Assembly (NCBI GenBank): GCA_963674735.2
Contig: CAXXQS010000001.1
Location: 96,001 to 160,000, forward strand
DNA: 64,000 bases
Source of the DNA: Myxococcota bacterium
GTDB lineage: Bacteria; Myxococcota_A; SURF-8
Direction of reading: 5' to 3'
The position numbers and the translations under genes are program-made. This document shows, one piece after another, positions 10,215-20,336 of the stretch (position 1 is the first letter of the stretch; the number at the start of each line of letters is the position of its first letter). Under the pieces are notes generated by a model that saw only the letters and a program-made list of their open reading frames with translations, was not told the origin of the DNA and ran no database searches.

Positions 10215-11582
10215 ATGCGGAAAGCCGATAGGAAATCAACTGCTTGGATGATCTGGATGCTGTGGCTGACTTTGGCTGCGGCCGGTTGTCGTTCGGATGC
10301 AAACGACACACAGCCCGGCGATGCCCTTATGTCGGGGATCCTGGCAAAGGCGGGTTGGTCCAAGGAAGCCGAGCGTTTGCCTGCGGAATTGCGTGTGGAT
10401 GCCTGGCTGGCGGCTCAAGCAACCAGCGGCAACTTGTCCGGGTGGCACAGGCAAACCGCTAGCGGGGAGGGTACGGTTTGGAGCCGGGATAGTGGCGGCA
10501 GTGACCGGTACCGCTTTGGGCGCTCCACACCGGATGGCTTGCTGGCTTATCTCGACGCCGATCCCATAGCCGCCGCGCGTTTCGGCGCTCTTCGTCTTTC
10601 TGCGGAACTGAATTTGCAGAGTTTGACGCGCCTGGCTGAGTTGGATCGTGCCGGTGGCGGTGCGGTGCTGTTGCGCTGGGAAGGCTGCCTGATCAATCGT
10701 GGCACAGAACCGTTGCAGGATCTTTTCCTGCGTGCCTCGCTGGTGGGACAATCCGGCAACCCCGCCTGGCCGGTCGTGGGTATCCGGGGACGCAGCAAGC
10801 ATTCGACATTCCGATCGGGAATTCCGGCGCGGATCGGGGTCGGCGAGACCTTTTGCGTCAGCCTGAATTCACGAAAATTGCCCAAGGACCAAGTCGACGC
10901 CGTTCAAGGGGATTTACGCGGGGTGCTCGATGCCGTCTGGACGGACTCTCGGGGGCGGCGACGTTTCGGCGTGGCGGCCCTGCTGCCGCTCGAATGGGAT
11001 AATGTCTGGCGTGAGGCGACTCCCAAACTGGCGGTGGTGATGGGGGGACGCATGCGCAGTCCGGATAAGGAATCGCCTTGGCTCGATTTGCCGAACCCCG
11101 AACTGCTACGCTTTCGTCACCGTGAAGGAAATCGTCTTCAGGCGGTGCGGTTCGATAAACGGCGGGTGCTGGTTCCGGTGAAAAATGTGGTGGCGATCTA
11201 CCCGGATCGCGATGAAGCATTACGCGATGATTTGCGTCAACCGCTCGATTCTCTGATCCGGGCGGTGTTGATGGGGGATAATCATCATGCCCGCTCACTG
11301 TTCATCGAGGGGGAAGGCTTTTTGTCGGGGGACGCGCTCGACCGCGATCTGGCCCGTCGCTTCCCCCCGCGCGAGGGGGGCGACTTCATGCAAGTCAAGA
11401 TCAGGCCGCTTGAACTGATCGAGCGAGACGATACGATCCAGCTGGCTTATTTTGTATGGGTGCCCGATTTCGCGGGTAAGATGTGGCAGGCTTTCGATGT
11501 GATCCAGGCTCGGCGCGGTGCCGGGGGCTGGCGTTTCATCGCCGAGGATCGGTTGCCTGAACGGGCCGTCTTTACGGAATAG
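10215..11582 (+). CDS. Hypothetical lipoprotein
   Basis: Long ORF divergent from pdxS; basic N-terminus, hydrophobic stretch and AAGC lipobox from the ATG at 10215; no family recognised. Confidence 0.6.
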   Translation: MRKADRKSTAWMIWMLWLTLAAAGCRSDANDTQPGDALMSGILAKAGWSKEAERLPAELRVDAWLAAQATSGNLSGWHRQTASGEGTVWSRDSGGSDRYRFGRSTPDGLLAYLDADPIAAARFGALRLSAELNLQSLTRLAELDRAGGGAVLLRWEGCLINRGTEPLQDLFLRASLVGQSGNPAWPVVGIRGRSKHSTFRSGIPARIGVGETFCVSLNSRKLPKDQVDAVQGDLRGVLDAVWTDSRGRRRFGVAALLPLEWDNVWREATPKLAVVMGGRMRSPDKESPWLDLPNPELLRFRHREGNRLQAVRFDKRRVLVPVKNVVAIYPDRDEALRDDLRQPLDSLIRAVLMGDNHHARSLFIEGEGFLSGDALDRDLARRFPPREGGDFMQVKIRPLELIERDDTIQLAYFVWVPDFAGKMWQAFDVIQARRGAGGWRFIAEDRLPERAVFTE

Positions 11583-12110
11583 ATTCCCCCGGGCATGCCC
11601 GGGGTCCTTACTGTTACAGCTTCATGCGAAGCTGATCTGAATCCTGGCGTCCTTGATGTTCAACGTAATTCTTTACGGTTTCCTCATCGACGCCTACGCT
11701 GCTGACAAAATAGCCCGACGACCATACTAGGTTTTCCTTCCAATAAACTTTCGATAACCACTTGAAGGATTTTCGCATGTGCGACGACGATTGGCTTTTC
11801 AATTGTCCCATTACATCCGAAATGCGATAGGTCGGGGGAATCACCATCACCATATGAAGGTGATCCTGGTCAAAGCCAATCGTCTCTAGCTCCACGCCGG
11901 GCATTTTCCTCAGCAACTTCGGCAATACTTTCCGTAAATACGTACAGACGCCAGGCTTCAGGATCCGGCGGCGGTACTTGCTTACCCACACTACATGGTA
12001 GTGCAGACTGTAAACGCTATGAGCTGACTTGATACATTCCATTCCAACATCATACCACCGCCGGGCTCATTCATCCACGGGCATGCCCGTGGTATTCTGT
12101 CTTCGACCAC
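11583..12110 (-). mobile_element. IS200/IS605-family element, TnpA-only (about 530 bp; ends approximate)
   Basis: tnpA flanked by two related perfect palindromes, CCCCGGGCATGCCCGGGG (11587-11604) and CCACGGGCATGCCCGTGG (12075-12092); TTTAT on the minus strand at 12115-12111 is a plausible target motif; sits between convergent genes. Confidence 0.8.
11614..12042 (-). CDS. tnpA: IS200-type HUH (Y1) transposase
   Basis: HSVYSLHYHVVWVSKYRR, HUH motif DHLH, LKSQSS, WSSGYFVSSVG and catalytic YxxxQ (YVEHQ). Confidence 0.95.
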   Translation of the reverse strand: MECIKSAHSVYSLHYHVVWVSKYRRRILKPGVCTYLRKVLPKLLRKMPGVELETIGFDQDHLHMVMVIPPTYRISDVMGQLKSQSSSHMRKSFKWLSKVYWKENLVWSSGYFVSSVGVDEETVKNYVEHQGRQDSDQLRMKL

Positions 12111-12128
12111 ATAAAGCCGTAAAAACGG

Positions 12129-13244
12129 TTAGTAACGCTCCAACTCGCTTAGAAGTTCGTCGAACTCTTTCAGCTCCTTTTCGCGTTCTTGCGGAGGCAT
12201 GGCGGCGATGGTCGTGCGTGGTTGCGCATTCGTTGCGGCATCGCGCGCGGCTGGGGTTTCGGAATTCGTCCGCGCGGCCGCAGCTTGCGGTTTCGGAGAG
12301 TTGTCTTCGAATTGCAGATCGTCATCGGTTAACAGGAAGGTGTCCTCCGCTTTGGCTGTGGAGGTTTTCGGTGTCGATGTCTTTTCCGTATCGGTTGCGT
12401 GTTCGACGAGACTGGACGGTTCGGGCTCCAGCGGTTCGAGATCGAGATCGATGGCGACTTCCTTGACGAGTTCCGGTTGAATGACGGTCTGTTTGGTGAA
12501 GACGCCTTCGAACAGGACGTTGTCGCAGATGGTGTTGGTCAGGCGCGGAATTCCATGGGAATAGCGGTATACTTCGTCGAGCGCTTTCGCACTGAAAATT
12601 TCGCGGGTCGCGCCGGAAAGCTTCAGCCGGTGGCGGACGTAGGCATGCGTACTTTCGAGATTGAGCGGGCGCAGCCAGGTGCGAATCGCCACCCGCTGGC
12701 GCAGAGGCTCGTCGATACGCAGGGATTGATCCAGCTCTTCCAGCCCGAAAAACACGAAGTTGATCAGTTTGCGCCCCGGTACTTCGAGGTTGAGTAAACC
12801 GCGAAATTCTTCCATGATGTCGCGCGATTTCAGCATTTGCGACTCATCGATCAGAACGACGGCCTTCTTTCCGGCTTCATAAATGTGAATCAAGCGTCGG
12901 TAAAGCTGCGACAAAAGCGCCAGCTTTTCATTGGCCGGATTGGGGACGCCCAGTTGCAGCGCGATGCGTTTGAGCAGCCAGGATGCGGTGATGCCGGAAT
13001 GGACGATGACGAGCAGGGCGGCTTCGAATTCGCGGTCGGGCAGGCTGTCGAGCAGGCGGCGGGCGAGGGTGGTTTTACCGGCCCCGATATCACCGACACA
13101 TATCGCCAGTCCTTTCATGTTATCGATGCCGTAACGCAGTTTTCGCAGGCATCGCTCATGTTCGGGACCGGCAAAGTAAAAGCGAGCCACCGGAGCGTTG
13201 GAAAACGGTTCGACCATCAATTCATAGAAATCCTTATAAGGCAT
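12129..13244 (-). CDS. ExeA/GspA-family AAA ATPase
   Basis: PFSNAP...YF, Walker A GDIGAGKT, Walker B LIDESQ, LRQRV, SHGIPRLTNTICD. Confidence 0.9.
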   Translation of the reverse strand: MPYKDFYELMVEPFSNAPVARFYFAGPEHERCLRKLRYGIDNMKGLAICVGDIGAGKTTLARRLLDSLPDREFEAALLVIVHSGITASWLLKRIALQLGVPNPANEKLALLSQLYRRLIHIYEAGKKAVVLIDESQMLKSRDIMEEFRGLLNLEVPGRKLINFVFFGLEELDQSLRIDEPLRQRVAIRTWLRPLNLESTHAYVRHRLKLSGATREIFSAKALDEVYRYSHGIPRLTNTICDNVLFEGVFTKQTVIQPELVKEVAIDLDLEPLEPEPSSLVEHATDTEKTSTPKTSTAKAEDTFLLTDDDLQFEDNSPKPQAAAARTNSETPAARDAATNAQPRTTIAAMPPQEREKELKEFDELLSELERY

Positions 13245-13277
13245 GGTGGCTTTCCGTCGCGGCGCAGTGAAACGGCG

Positions 13278-16200
13278 CTAAATGTAGGAGATGTTGGATT
13301 TGTTCTTTTCCGCCTGGTTCGTCAGGTCCGACGGGTCCGGTTCGCCGTGGGGCAGACCGTCGAGATCAAGACCGTCGAGCCACTGATCGAGCGTGTCGGG
13401 TTCGGAAAGCGCGACGCCGTCCGCTTCCAGTTCGGCGGCTAAATTCGTTGCATCACGAAAATCGGGATCGAGATCGCTGAGCGTGCTGAATTGGCGCAAA
13501 GCGGCTTCGCGATTTTGCATCTTTTTATAGAGCAGGCCGATGTCGTAACGTAAGGCTTTAACCAGATATTGGTTGATATCGGGTGAATGGAAGGCTTCTT
13601 TGAAAAAGCCGAGCGCTTTACGCTGCGAATTCTTCTCCAGATAGCACAAACCCAACAACAAGGCGGTTTCGGATGTAGCCGCATTTTCGTGGGCCACCAA
13701 GAACTCTCCGATAGCTTCGTTCAGCAGCCCCATTTCGCGATAGGCGATACCGAGATTGAGATGGGTTTCGTGATCGTCATCGGCGATGTCTTCCTGTAGG
13801 AGGACGCCGCTGCCGGTGGCGGATTCGTCGGTTTCGAGTGAGGAACGCAGTTCATCGGTCAAATTGACGGTGCTTGCATCGCGTGGTTTGGCGGAGGCGA
13901 AAGCTCCGGGAGCAAAGACGGTTTTATCCAGATCGGCGTCCACATCCCGATCATCGGATTCCTCGTCGCTCGCGGCCGCTGCTTTCTGGCAAGCGGCGAT
14001 GCGTTTGAGAAGCAAAGGATGACTGGGGTAGCGTTCGAGTAGTCGTTCGTAGATCTCCAGGCATTCGACGTAAACCGCCTGGGAGAAGAAGAACTCGGCT
14101 TCTTCGAAATCGTCCTCTTCGTCTTCATCCAGCAATCGGGTAAAGGCTTCTCGCGACTCACTCTCGTCCGGCTCGCTGAATTCGACCGTCACATCCTGGA
14201 AAGCGTCATCAACGGGTGTCGACTGAGCTTCCGAGATGGCTTCGCTCGCATCCGTTTCGAGTGAAGCGACCTCGTCATCATCCGGGACCAGTTCCAGATC
14301 GAGATCGTCGATTTCCTGAATGTCGGCGTCGAAGGGTTCCACTTCTTCGAGAATTTCAGCCGTTGCGGTCCCTTCAAGCATTTCCGCATCGGGTTCGCCG
14401 ATGTCGGCGACGGCTTCAGTGGCTGGAGCCTCTGGAAGCGAGCTGTCGAGTTCTTCGTCATCGTCATCGATTTCGATCAGATCCGCTTCTTCAATGAATT
14501 CATCCGCTTCGATCAACTCATCGGCTGGAAGAGTTAAGGTTTCCTCCGTAGCAGGTTCCGGCGTCGATTCCATCGCGATCTCGGTGGCTTGATCGACTTC
14601 TTCAGCTTTGGCCTCAGCTTCGATTTCGGCTTCACCCTCGGTTTCAACTTCAGTCTCTACCTCAGTTTCAACCTCGTCTTCAACTTCAACTTCAACTTCA
14701 ACTTCAACTTCGACCTCGTCTTCGACTTCGACTTCCATTTCGGAATCGATTTCGAGCGTTTCATCCGTTTCGACGGCGGTCTCGTCTTCGATGAATGCCT
14801 CGGCTTCCTCCATGTCATCGGATTCAGCGCTTGCGGCGGCTTCGCCATCCGCTTGATCGGCGGCTTGTGTTTCGATTGCGGCTTGTTCCGCTTCGAATTC
14901 GGCCTCTAAAATCTCGATTTTATCGATAATTTCAGTGTCTTCAGGGATTGGCGAGAATAGCTCGTCGGAATCGGAGGCAGGTTCTCCGGAAGAGGCGAGG
15001 GTCGTTTCTTCGGTTGTTTTGCCCGTTTCGGTGGCGGTTTGCCCTTCCTCATTTATCGCCAGGATTTCACCACTATCGAAGGCGGCCGGCATTTCGCTGA
15101 CAACCGTTTCCTCCGGAAGATCATCGTCATCATCGATTTCGACGGGAACGACCGGTTCCGTATCGAGTTCGACGTCGCGGCTCGGTTGTGAATCGGCATC
15201 GGAGCGTAACTCCAGGTTGTCTTCGAACAGGTCGGTGTCACTCGACTGCGTTCCCGTTCGTTCATCGTCTGTCGGTTCGGAAAGATCTTCAACAACCTCG
15301 ATTACTTCCAGCTCGATATCGCCGAGTTCCTCGCCGAGGTCGCCTTCCGCTGTGGCCTCCAGCGCGACTTCCGGTGCAGCATCGTCGATCACCGGTTCGG
15401 GATCGGCTTCGACAGCAAGGGCTTCGCGATCGCCCGCTTCGATTTCTTCTATCGCCAGCAGCTCATCCACCAAGGCTTCTTCGAATTCGTCGGCGACTTC
15501 GATGTCATCGACGGTCGGCAGATCGGGCGGCTGGGCGCTCGGCATGGCGGGCGGTTGAGACTCGTCTCTGGGGGCCGCCGGCCGCATGTGGGTTGGAAGT
15601 TCTGTTTCCTCAATAATATCGGGTTCTTCAGCTGAATCGAAGTCGAGCTCGATATCGTCGGCTTCCAAAGGCAGGACTTCGACATCCTGATCGAAGTCGA
15701 TTTCGATCTCGCGGGTGGTCAGACTGGCCGGTTGGCTATCCTGAGCGGATGCCGCGGCATCCTCATCCATTTGCAATTCGGATTCGGTTATGGGTTCGGG
15801 TAAGCCGGAATCGCCCAGCAGTTCTCGTAGCATATCGGCTGTTTCAGCGGCGGTACCTTCCTCGAATTGCGTCAAGATTCCCTGGACGTCGGAGGCAATG
15901 GAATCACTCCACTCTTTGGCCGTTTCCAGAGCTTCACGGGCTTCGTGATCTTGTCCCTGATCGAAGAGCAGAATGCAACATCTGAACAATGTGGTGCGGG
16001 CCGCCTCCATATCGTCGAGATGAGCATATACATCTTTAAGGCGCTTGAGGGCCTCAAGATGGTTGGGGTTCTGTTCGAGGATGGTTTGCAGACGCTCGCG
16101 CGCCTGATCGTGCAGGCCGTATTTCATGAAAACTTCGGCCTCGGTCATCAATTTGACGAGATTGGGTTTGGTGGCCGTCTCCATCACGGCGGGTTTTGCG

Positions 16201-17219
16201 GCCGGGGAGGGGGCAGCGCTGCTTGAAGGATCGGCGAGAATATCGATTTCCTCGATTTCCTCATTGGGATCGATTGCCGGGAAAGCCGATTGGCTTTGCG
16301 TGCCTGGAACACCCGTTTCATAAAGAAAAACCTCCAGGCCTTTCTTGGCTTCCGGGTTTTCCGGGTCTATCTCAAGCATGTTGCGATAAACCTGCTTGAG
16401 CTTGCTCTTGTTATCCTGGGTTTCGAGCAAACGCGCCATTTCGCGGTAAACGGTAAGGGTTTTGGCTAGTTGACGCATTCCGCGGAAAGTCTGGGCCAGG
16501 AGTTCCATCGTTTCGAGGTTCTCCGGGTCTTGTTTCAGTACGGTTTGCAGTCGCATCAACCCTTTTTTGGTGTCGCCGCGTTCCAGATAGAGTTGGGCGA
16601 GTTCGCGTCCACGCTCGATGCGTTCGGGGCTGTGGAAATAGATCCGGTCGAGTACGCGCAGGTATTCGTCGGGCCGCTTACTGTGGGCGAGGTCGGCCAG
16701 CGCATTTTCATACTCTTCCAGGCCTTCCTTGCGCATGTCTTCGTTGATGTATCCTTCGGCCAGACGGATACGGTTGGGCAGGTTTTCCGGTTCCAGCAAG
16801 CTGATGCGCTTGAGAATATCGAGGTTGTCGCGGCTTTTGCCTTTTTCCTCGTAATACTTCGATACCGTTTGGTATTGCTGGATGGTTTCGGACAACAAAC
16901 CGAGCTGCTGGTACATTTCGGCCAGCTTGATATGTAGCTCGATCTGGTCGGGGTCCAGTTGCAGGATCTGTTTGTAAACCGCAATCGCCTTGAGATAAAA
17001 GCCATGCCGGACGTAGAGGTTCGACACGCGCTGGTAGGCGTTTAACGCAGCCTGCTTCTGGCCCATGCGAGCGTAAAGATCGCCCACTTTTTGAAGGGTC
17101 CGTTCGTCGTTGGGATCGACCTCAAGAATTTTTTCGAATTCTTTGACGGCCTTGTCCAGCGCTCCGCGCTGGAGGTGTTTCATCGCAACGGCGGTGATTT
17201 TTTCTTTATTGATCGCCAC
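13278..17219 (-). CDS. Large TPR protein, SgmX-like type IV pilus polarity factor
   Basis: N-terminal TPR array (KAIAVYKQILQLDP), internal TPR (EAEVFMKYGL), long acidic linker, C-terminal ETHLNLGIAYREMGLLNEAIGEF...DPDFRD and terminal ISYI; lies between efp and exeA in a pil locus. Confidence 0.75.
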   Translation of the reverse strand: MAINKEKITAVAMKHLQRGALDKAVKEFEKILEVDPNDERTLQKVGDLYARMGQKQAALNAYQRVSNLYVRHGFYLKAIAVYKQILQLDPDQIELHIKLAEMYQQLGLLSETIQQYQTVSKYYEEKGKSRDNLDILKRISLLEPENLPNRIRLAEGYINEDMRKEGLEEYENALADLAHSKRPDEYLRVLDRIYFHSPERIERGRELAQLYLERGDTKKGLMRLQTVLKQDPENLETMELLAQTFRGMRQLAKTLTVYREMARLLETQDNKSKLKQVYRNMLEIDPENPEAKKGLEVFLYETGVPGTQSQSAFPAIDPNEEIEEIDILADPSSSAAPSPAAKPAVMETATKPNLVKLMTEAEVFMKYGLHDQARERLQTILEQNPNHLEALKRLKDVYAHLDDMEAARTTLFRCCILLFDQGQDHEAREALETAKEWSDSIASDVQGILTQFEEGTAAETADMLRELLGDSGLPEPITESELQMDEDAAASAQDSQPASLTTREIEIDFDQDVEVLPLEADDIELDFDSAEEPDIIEETELPTHMRPAAPRDESQPPAMPSAQPPDLPTVDDIEVADEFEEALVDELLAIEEIEAGDREALAVEADPEPVIDDAAPEVALEATAEGDLGEELGDIELEVIEVVEDLSEPTDDERTGTQSSDTDLFEDNLELRSDADSQPSRDVELDTEPVVPVEIDDDDDLPEETVVSEMPAAFDSGEILAINEEGQTATETGKTTEETTLASSGEPASDSDELFSPIPEDTEIIDKIEILEAEFEAEQAAIETQAADQADGEAAASAESDDMEEAEAFIEDETAVETDETLEIDSEMEVEVEDEVEVEVEVEVEVEDEVETEVETEVETEGEAEIEAEAKAEEVDQATEIAMESTPEPATEETLTLPADELIEADEFIEEADLIEIDDDDEELDSSLPEAPATEAVADIGEPDAEMLEGTATAEILEEVEPFDADIQEIDDLDLELVPDDDEVASLETDASEAISEAQSTPVDDAFQDVTVEFSEPDESESREAFTRLLDEDEEDDFEEAEFFFSQAVYVECLEIYERLLERYPSHPLLLKRIAACQKAAAASDEESDDRDVDADLDKTVFAPGAFASAKPRDASTVNLTDELRSSLETDESATGSGVLLQEDIADDDHETHLNLGIAYREMGLLNEAIGEFLVAHENAATSETALLLGLCYLEKNSQRKALGFFKEAFHSPDINQYLVKALRYDIGLLYKKMQNREAALRQFSTLSDLDPDFRDATNLAAELEADGVALSEPDTLDQWLDGLDLDGLPHGEPDPSDLTNQAEKNKSNISYI

Positions 17220-17277
17220 GTTCTCTTAAGCCTCTCCACGGTTGGATCACGCAACCCAATGACAGGCGAACGACGAC

Positions 17278-17838
17278 TTACTTCACCCGCTCGATATATT
17301 CACGTGTTCGAGTGTCGACTCGTATTTTTTCGCCCTGGTTCACGAACAGCGGGACATTCACCACCAGTCCCGTTTCCATCTTGGCCGATTTGGTTGCGCC
17401 GGTGGCCGTATCGCCTTTGATGCCGGGCTCGCATTCGGTTACGGTGAAAACCAAGTGGAAGGGGAAACTGACACCCATGGGACGGCCGTTGAAAAACAGG
17501 ACGTCGACCTCGGCGTTTTCGATGATGAAATCCTTATCGGCGCCGATCACTTCGGTCGGAATCGTCACTTGCTCGTAATCCTGGGTGTTCATAAATACAT
17601 AGCCGCTTTCGTCCTGATACAGATACTGCATCTGGTGCTCTTCGATATCGGGTTTTTTCACTTTTTCGCCCGACTTGAAGGTGCGTTCGAGTACGGCTCC
17701 GGTGAGCATGTTCTTCAGCTTCGTACGTGTGAAGGCCGAGCCTTTTCCGGGATTCACCGCTTGGAAATACACGATATCGTACGGATCGCCATCGATCTCG
17801 ATTTTGAGTCCATTGCGGAAGTCACTTGTCTGATACAT
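17278..17838 (-). CDS. efp: Translation elongation factor P
   Basis: DFRNGLKI, PGKG loop, QYLY, EPGIKGDTAT, VPLFV...VDTR. Confidence 0.98.
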   Translation of the reverse strand: MYQTSDFRNGLKIEIDGDPYDIVYFQAVNPGKGSAFTRTKLKNMLTGAVLERTFKSGEKVKKPDIEEHQMQYLYQDESGYVFMNTQDYEQVTIPTEVIGADKDFIIENAEVDVLFFNGRPMGVSFPFHLVFTVTECEPGIKGDTATGATKSAKMETGLVVNVPLFVNQGEKIRVDTRTREYIERVK

Positions 17839-17873
17839 CGTTTGTTGCTCCTACACAGAAAGTCGGATGGGCT

Positions 17874-18959
17874 TTAGCCCAATACGAAACGGTTCTTATC
17901 TGCCAGGGTGATGATTTCACAGCCATCGGCCGTCACCACCACCAAATCTTCAATGCGAACGCCGCCCCATTCGGGGATATAAATGCCCGGTTCGACGGAG
18001 AAGACCATGCCTTCTTCCAAAACACCGGAGCCTCGCGGCGAAATAACGGGCTGCTCGTGCACTTCCAAACCGATTCCATGTCCGGTGCCGTGCCCGAAGT
18101 ACTCAGCATACCCTTTTTTGTCGATATAGTCACGTGCGATAGCATCCAATTTTTGACAATCCGCACCGGGTTTGACGGCATCGATGCATTGGTCGTGCGC
18201 GTCTTTGACGATTTGATAGATTTCGCGCTGCCGATCGTCGGCTTTTCCGAGTACGAAGGTGTTGGTTTCATCGGAAGCGAAATGATCGAGCATCATGCCG
18301 CGATCGACGATAATGGTTTCACCCTCTTTGAAAACACGGTCGCTGGGTTTGCCGTGGACGATGGCCGCACGCGGTCCGGAAGCCACCAGGGTGTCGAAGG
18401 ACAAGCCGCTGGCGCCGCGCTCGCGGAATTGCTGTTCGAGGAACCAGGCGGCCTGCTTTTCGGTCCAACCGGGATGAATCTCGTCGACGAAGGCGCTGAA
18501 TGCCTCATTGGCCACGCGGTTGGACGCGCGCAGTTTATCCAGTTCTTCGGTTGTTTTGACGATACGCAAACCGGCGAGATTTTCATCGACCGCCGTCAGC
18601 GTGAGCTCGGGCAGTTGCTTTTGAAGCAGCCGGTAGTCACTGTAGCTGGCTGTTCCGGCTTCGAATCCCAAGGATTTCGCTTTGAGGCTTTTAACTTTGT
18701 CGCAGAGATCCTCCAAGGGCTTTTTGATTTCCACCACCTCATCCACCGTACATTCCTGCCCGGCTTGGGTGGTGTAGCGTCCATCGACGAAAATGATTTT
18801 ACGCCCCTCGCGTCCTACCAGCAGATTGGCGGTGGAGCCGGTGAAGCGGGCCAGGTATTTGATGGTGACCAGATCCTTGACCCACAAATAGTCGATGTCG
18901 TAGTGATCGAACAGATCGGTTAAGGAAAAATGGATCGGATTATCGAGTGGCAGGGTCAT
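17874..18959 (-). CDS. Xaa-Pro aminopeptidase/prolidase (M24 family)
   Basis: YLARFTGS, FVDGRY, HGTGHGIGLEVHEQP, EPGIY...GGVRIED. Confidence 0.93.
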   Translation of the reverse strand: MTLPLDNPIHFSLTDLFDHYDIDYLWVKDLVTIKYLARFTGSTANLLVGREGRKIIFVDGRYTTQAGQECTVDEVVEIKKPLEDLCDKVKSLKAKSLGFEAGTASYSDYRLLQKQLPELTLTAVDENLAGLRIVKTTEELDKLRASNRVANEAFSAFVDEIHPGWTEKQAAWFLEQQFRERGASGLSFDTLVASGPRAAIVHGKPSDRVFKEGETIIVDRGMMLDHFASDETNTFVLGKADDRQREIYQIVKDAHDQCIDAVKPGADCQKLDAIARDYIDKKGYAEYFGHGTGHGIGLEVHEQPVISPRGSGVLEEGMVFSVEPGIYIPEWGGVRIEDLVVVTADGCEIITLADKNRFVLG

Positions 18960-18963
18960 AGGG

Positions 18964-19419
18964 TTACTTCTCCTCTTTCAGATAGCGAATCGCATGCATC
19001 ACGGCCCAGTGGTAGCCATCCGGGCCGAACCCGTTGATGACCCCCAAGGCGATATCGGCGATCAAGGATTCGCGCCTGAAAGGTTCGCGCGCATGGATAT
19101 TGCTCAGATGCACTTCAATGAAGGGGATTTCCACCGCCAGCAGGGCATCGCGCAGAGCCAGGCTGCGGTGATAGCCGGAGGGGTTGATGACGATGAAATC
19201 CGCTTCATTGCGGGCCTGCTGGATTTTTTCGACCAACAGGCCTTCGTGGTTTGTTTGAAAGGTTTCGACGACGAATCCGGCGTGATCGACCAGCGATTCC
19301 AGGGAGTCATCCAGCTCGTTCAGTGTCAGAGACCCGTAGATTTCGGATTCCCGTTCGCCGAGCATGTTGATGTTCGGTCCGTGCAGAATGAGAATTTTCG
19401 GCTGACTCATCGGATTCAC
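18964..19419 (-). CDS. aroQ: Type II 3-dehydroquinate dehydratase
   Basis: HGPNINMLGERE..IYG, QTNHEG, INP, EVHLSNIHAREPFR. Confidence 0.95.
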   Translation of the reverse strand: MNPMSQPKILILHGPNINMLGERESEIYGSLTLNELDDSLESLVDHAGFVVETFQTNHEGLLVEKIQQARNEADFIVINPSGYHRSLALRDALLAVEIPFIEVHLSNIHAREPFRRESLIADIALGVINGFGPDGYHWAVMHAIRYLKEEK

Positions 19420-19781
19420 TCCAGTTCCTGTACCAGATCGGACTCCAGAAGGCTAAGGAGAAATCGGCCTTTTCCGATATGGGCTTCCGGGCGCATGACC
19501 AAAACGATAAAGTAGTCTTCGGTCAGCACCTGCAGGAGCACCTTGGTTTGAGTTGAGTTCAGCACCAGTTCACGGGCCTTGCCGAACTGACTGGTAAAAG
19601 AGGCTTGGCGCAGTTGGCTGACCATGACGCTGATTTCGGCCCCCATCAGTTCGAGGTCGAGATCGGAATCCGGGTGGAGGACCGAAACGACGTTGATGCC
19701 GTCGAACCCCATCAGCATGCAGGCCAGGCTGTTGTCAAGGCGGTCCATGAGTTCTTGGAAACGCTTCTCGAATATCACCAC
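19416..19781 (-). CDS. Roadblock/LC7 domain protein, MglC-like
   Basis: LMGFDGI and GKGRFLL motifs; position between pilQ and efp as for Myxococcus mglC. Confidence 0.8.
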   Translation of the reverse strand: MVIFEKRFQELMDRLDNSLACMLMGFDGINVVSVLHPDSDLDLELMGAEISVMVSQLRQASFTSQFGKARELVLNSTQTKVLLQVLTEDYFIVLVMRPEAHIGKGRFLLSLLESDLVQELE

Positions 19782-20185
19782 CGTCTCCTCTCTCGAACCT
19801 GTTCAAGTATTCGCGTCAAGCGGTCAATCGCCTTTGTCGCAACATGTTCTACCACGGCCGACCCCAAGTCGATGGCTTTGTCCCTCAAACTTTCAGGGCC
19901 GGCGGAACGTGCGGGAACTGACGAAAGGGCTCGCTCATTCGGCTCATCGACTGTATCTGCGAGCGAAGGCTCATCTGCTTCGGCAGGGGAGGGCAAAACG
20001 CCTGCCTTGTTGCCGGTCGAGAGCGATGCTTCCCGCTGTTGAGCTTCAGCCCGTTCGAGTAATTCTCGAATCTCACCGTCATCCGGGCGCTCGGCCTGAA
20101 GTTTATGCAAGATCTCCAATGCTCGGCCGGGATGCCCCTGCGTGAGGTAAAGCTCGGCGAGCGTGCGCGTCCCAATGGTGGTCAT
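19775..20185 (-). CDS. Short TPR-containing protein
   Basis: TRTLAELYLTQGHPGRALEILHKL single TPR, low-complexity linker and C-terminal helix; overlaps the roadblock gene. Confidence 0.7.
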   Translation of the reverse strand: MTTIGTRTLAELYLTQGHPGRALEILHKLQAERPDDGEIRELLERAEAQQREASLSTGNKAGVLPSPAEADEPSLADTVDEPNERALSSVPARSAGPESLRDKAIDLGSAVVEHVATKAIDRLTRILEQVRERRRW

Positions 20186-20280
20186 AATGTCCGCTTTTCG
20201 TGCCGCGAGCCGTGAAAATTACTCTTCTTTTTAACGAAAATTGCCGGTTAAGTCAAGGATATGCGCGTGAGCAACCTACG

Positions 20281-20311
20281 AAAAAGGGCAGGGGCTAAAA
20301 AACCCCTGCCC
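20281..20311 (-). terminator. Rho-independent terminator of the pilMNOPQ-lipoprotein unit
   Basis: Minus strand GGGCAGGGG-loop-CCCCTGCCC followed by TTTTT, just after the stop at 20337. Confidence 0.8.
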
Positions 20312-20336
20312 GTCAATCGATCTAGGAAAAAGAACC

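Noticed and set aside
11583-12115. TnpB/omega-RNA or REP-associated (RAYT) system
   Set aside because: There is no room for tnpB, the transposase has IS200-type motifs, and there is only one hairpin per end.
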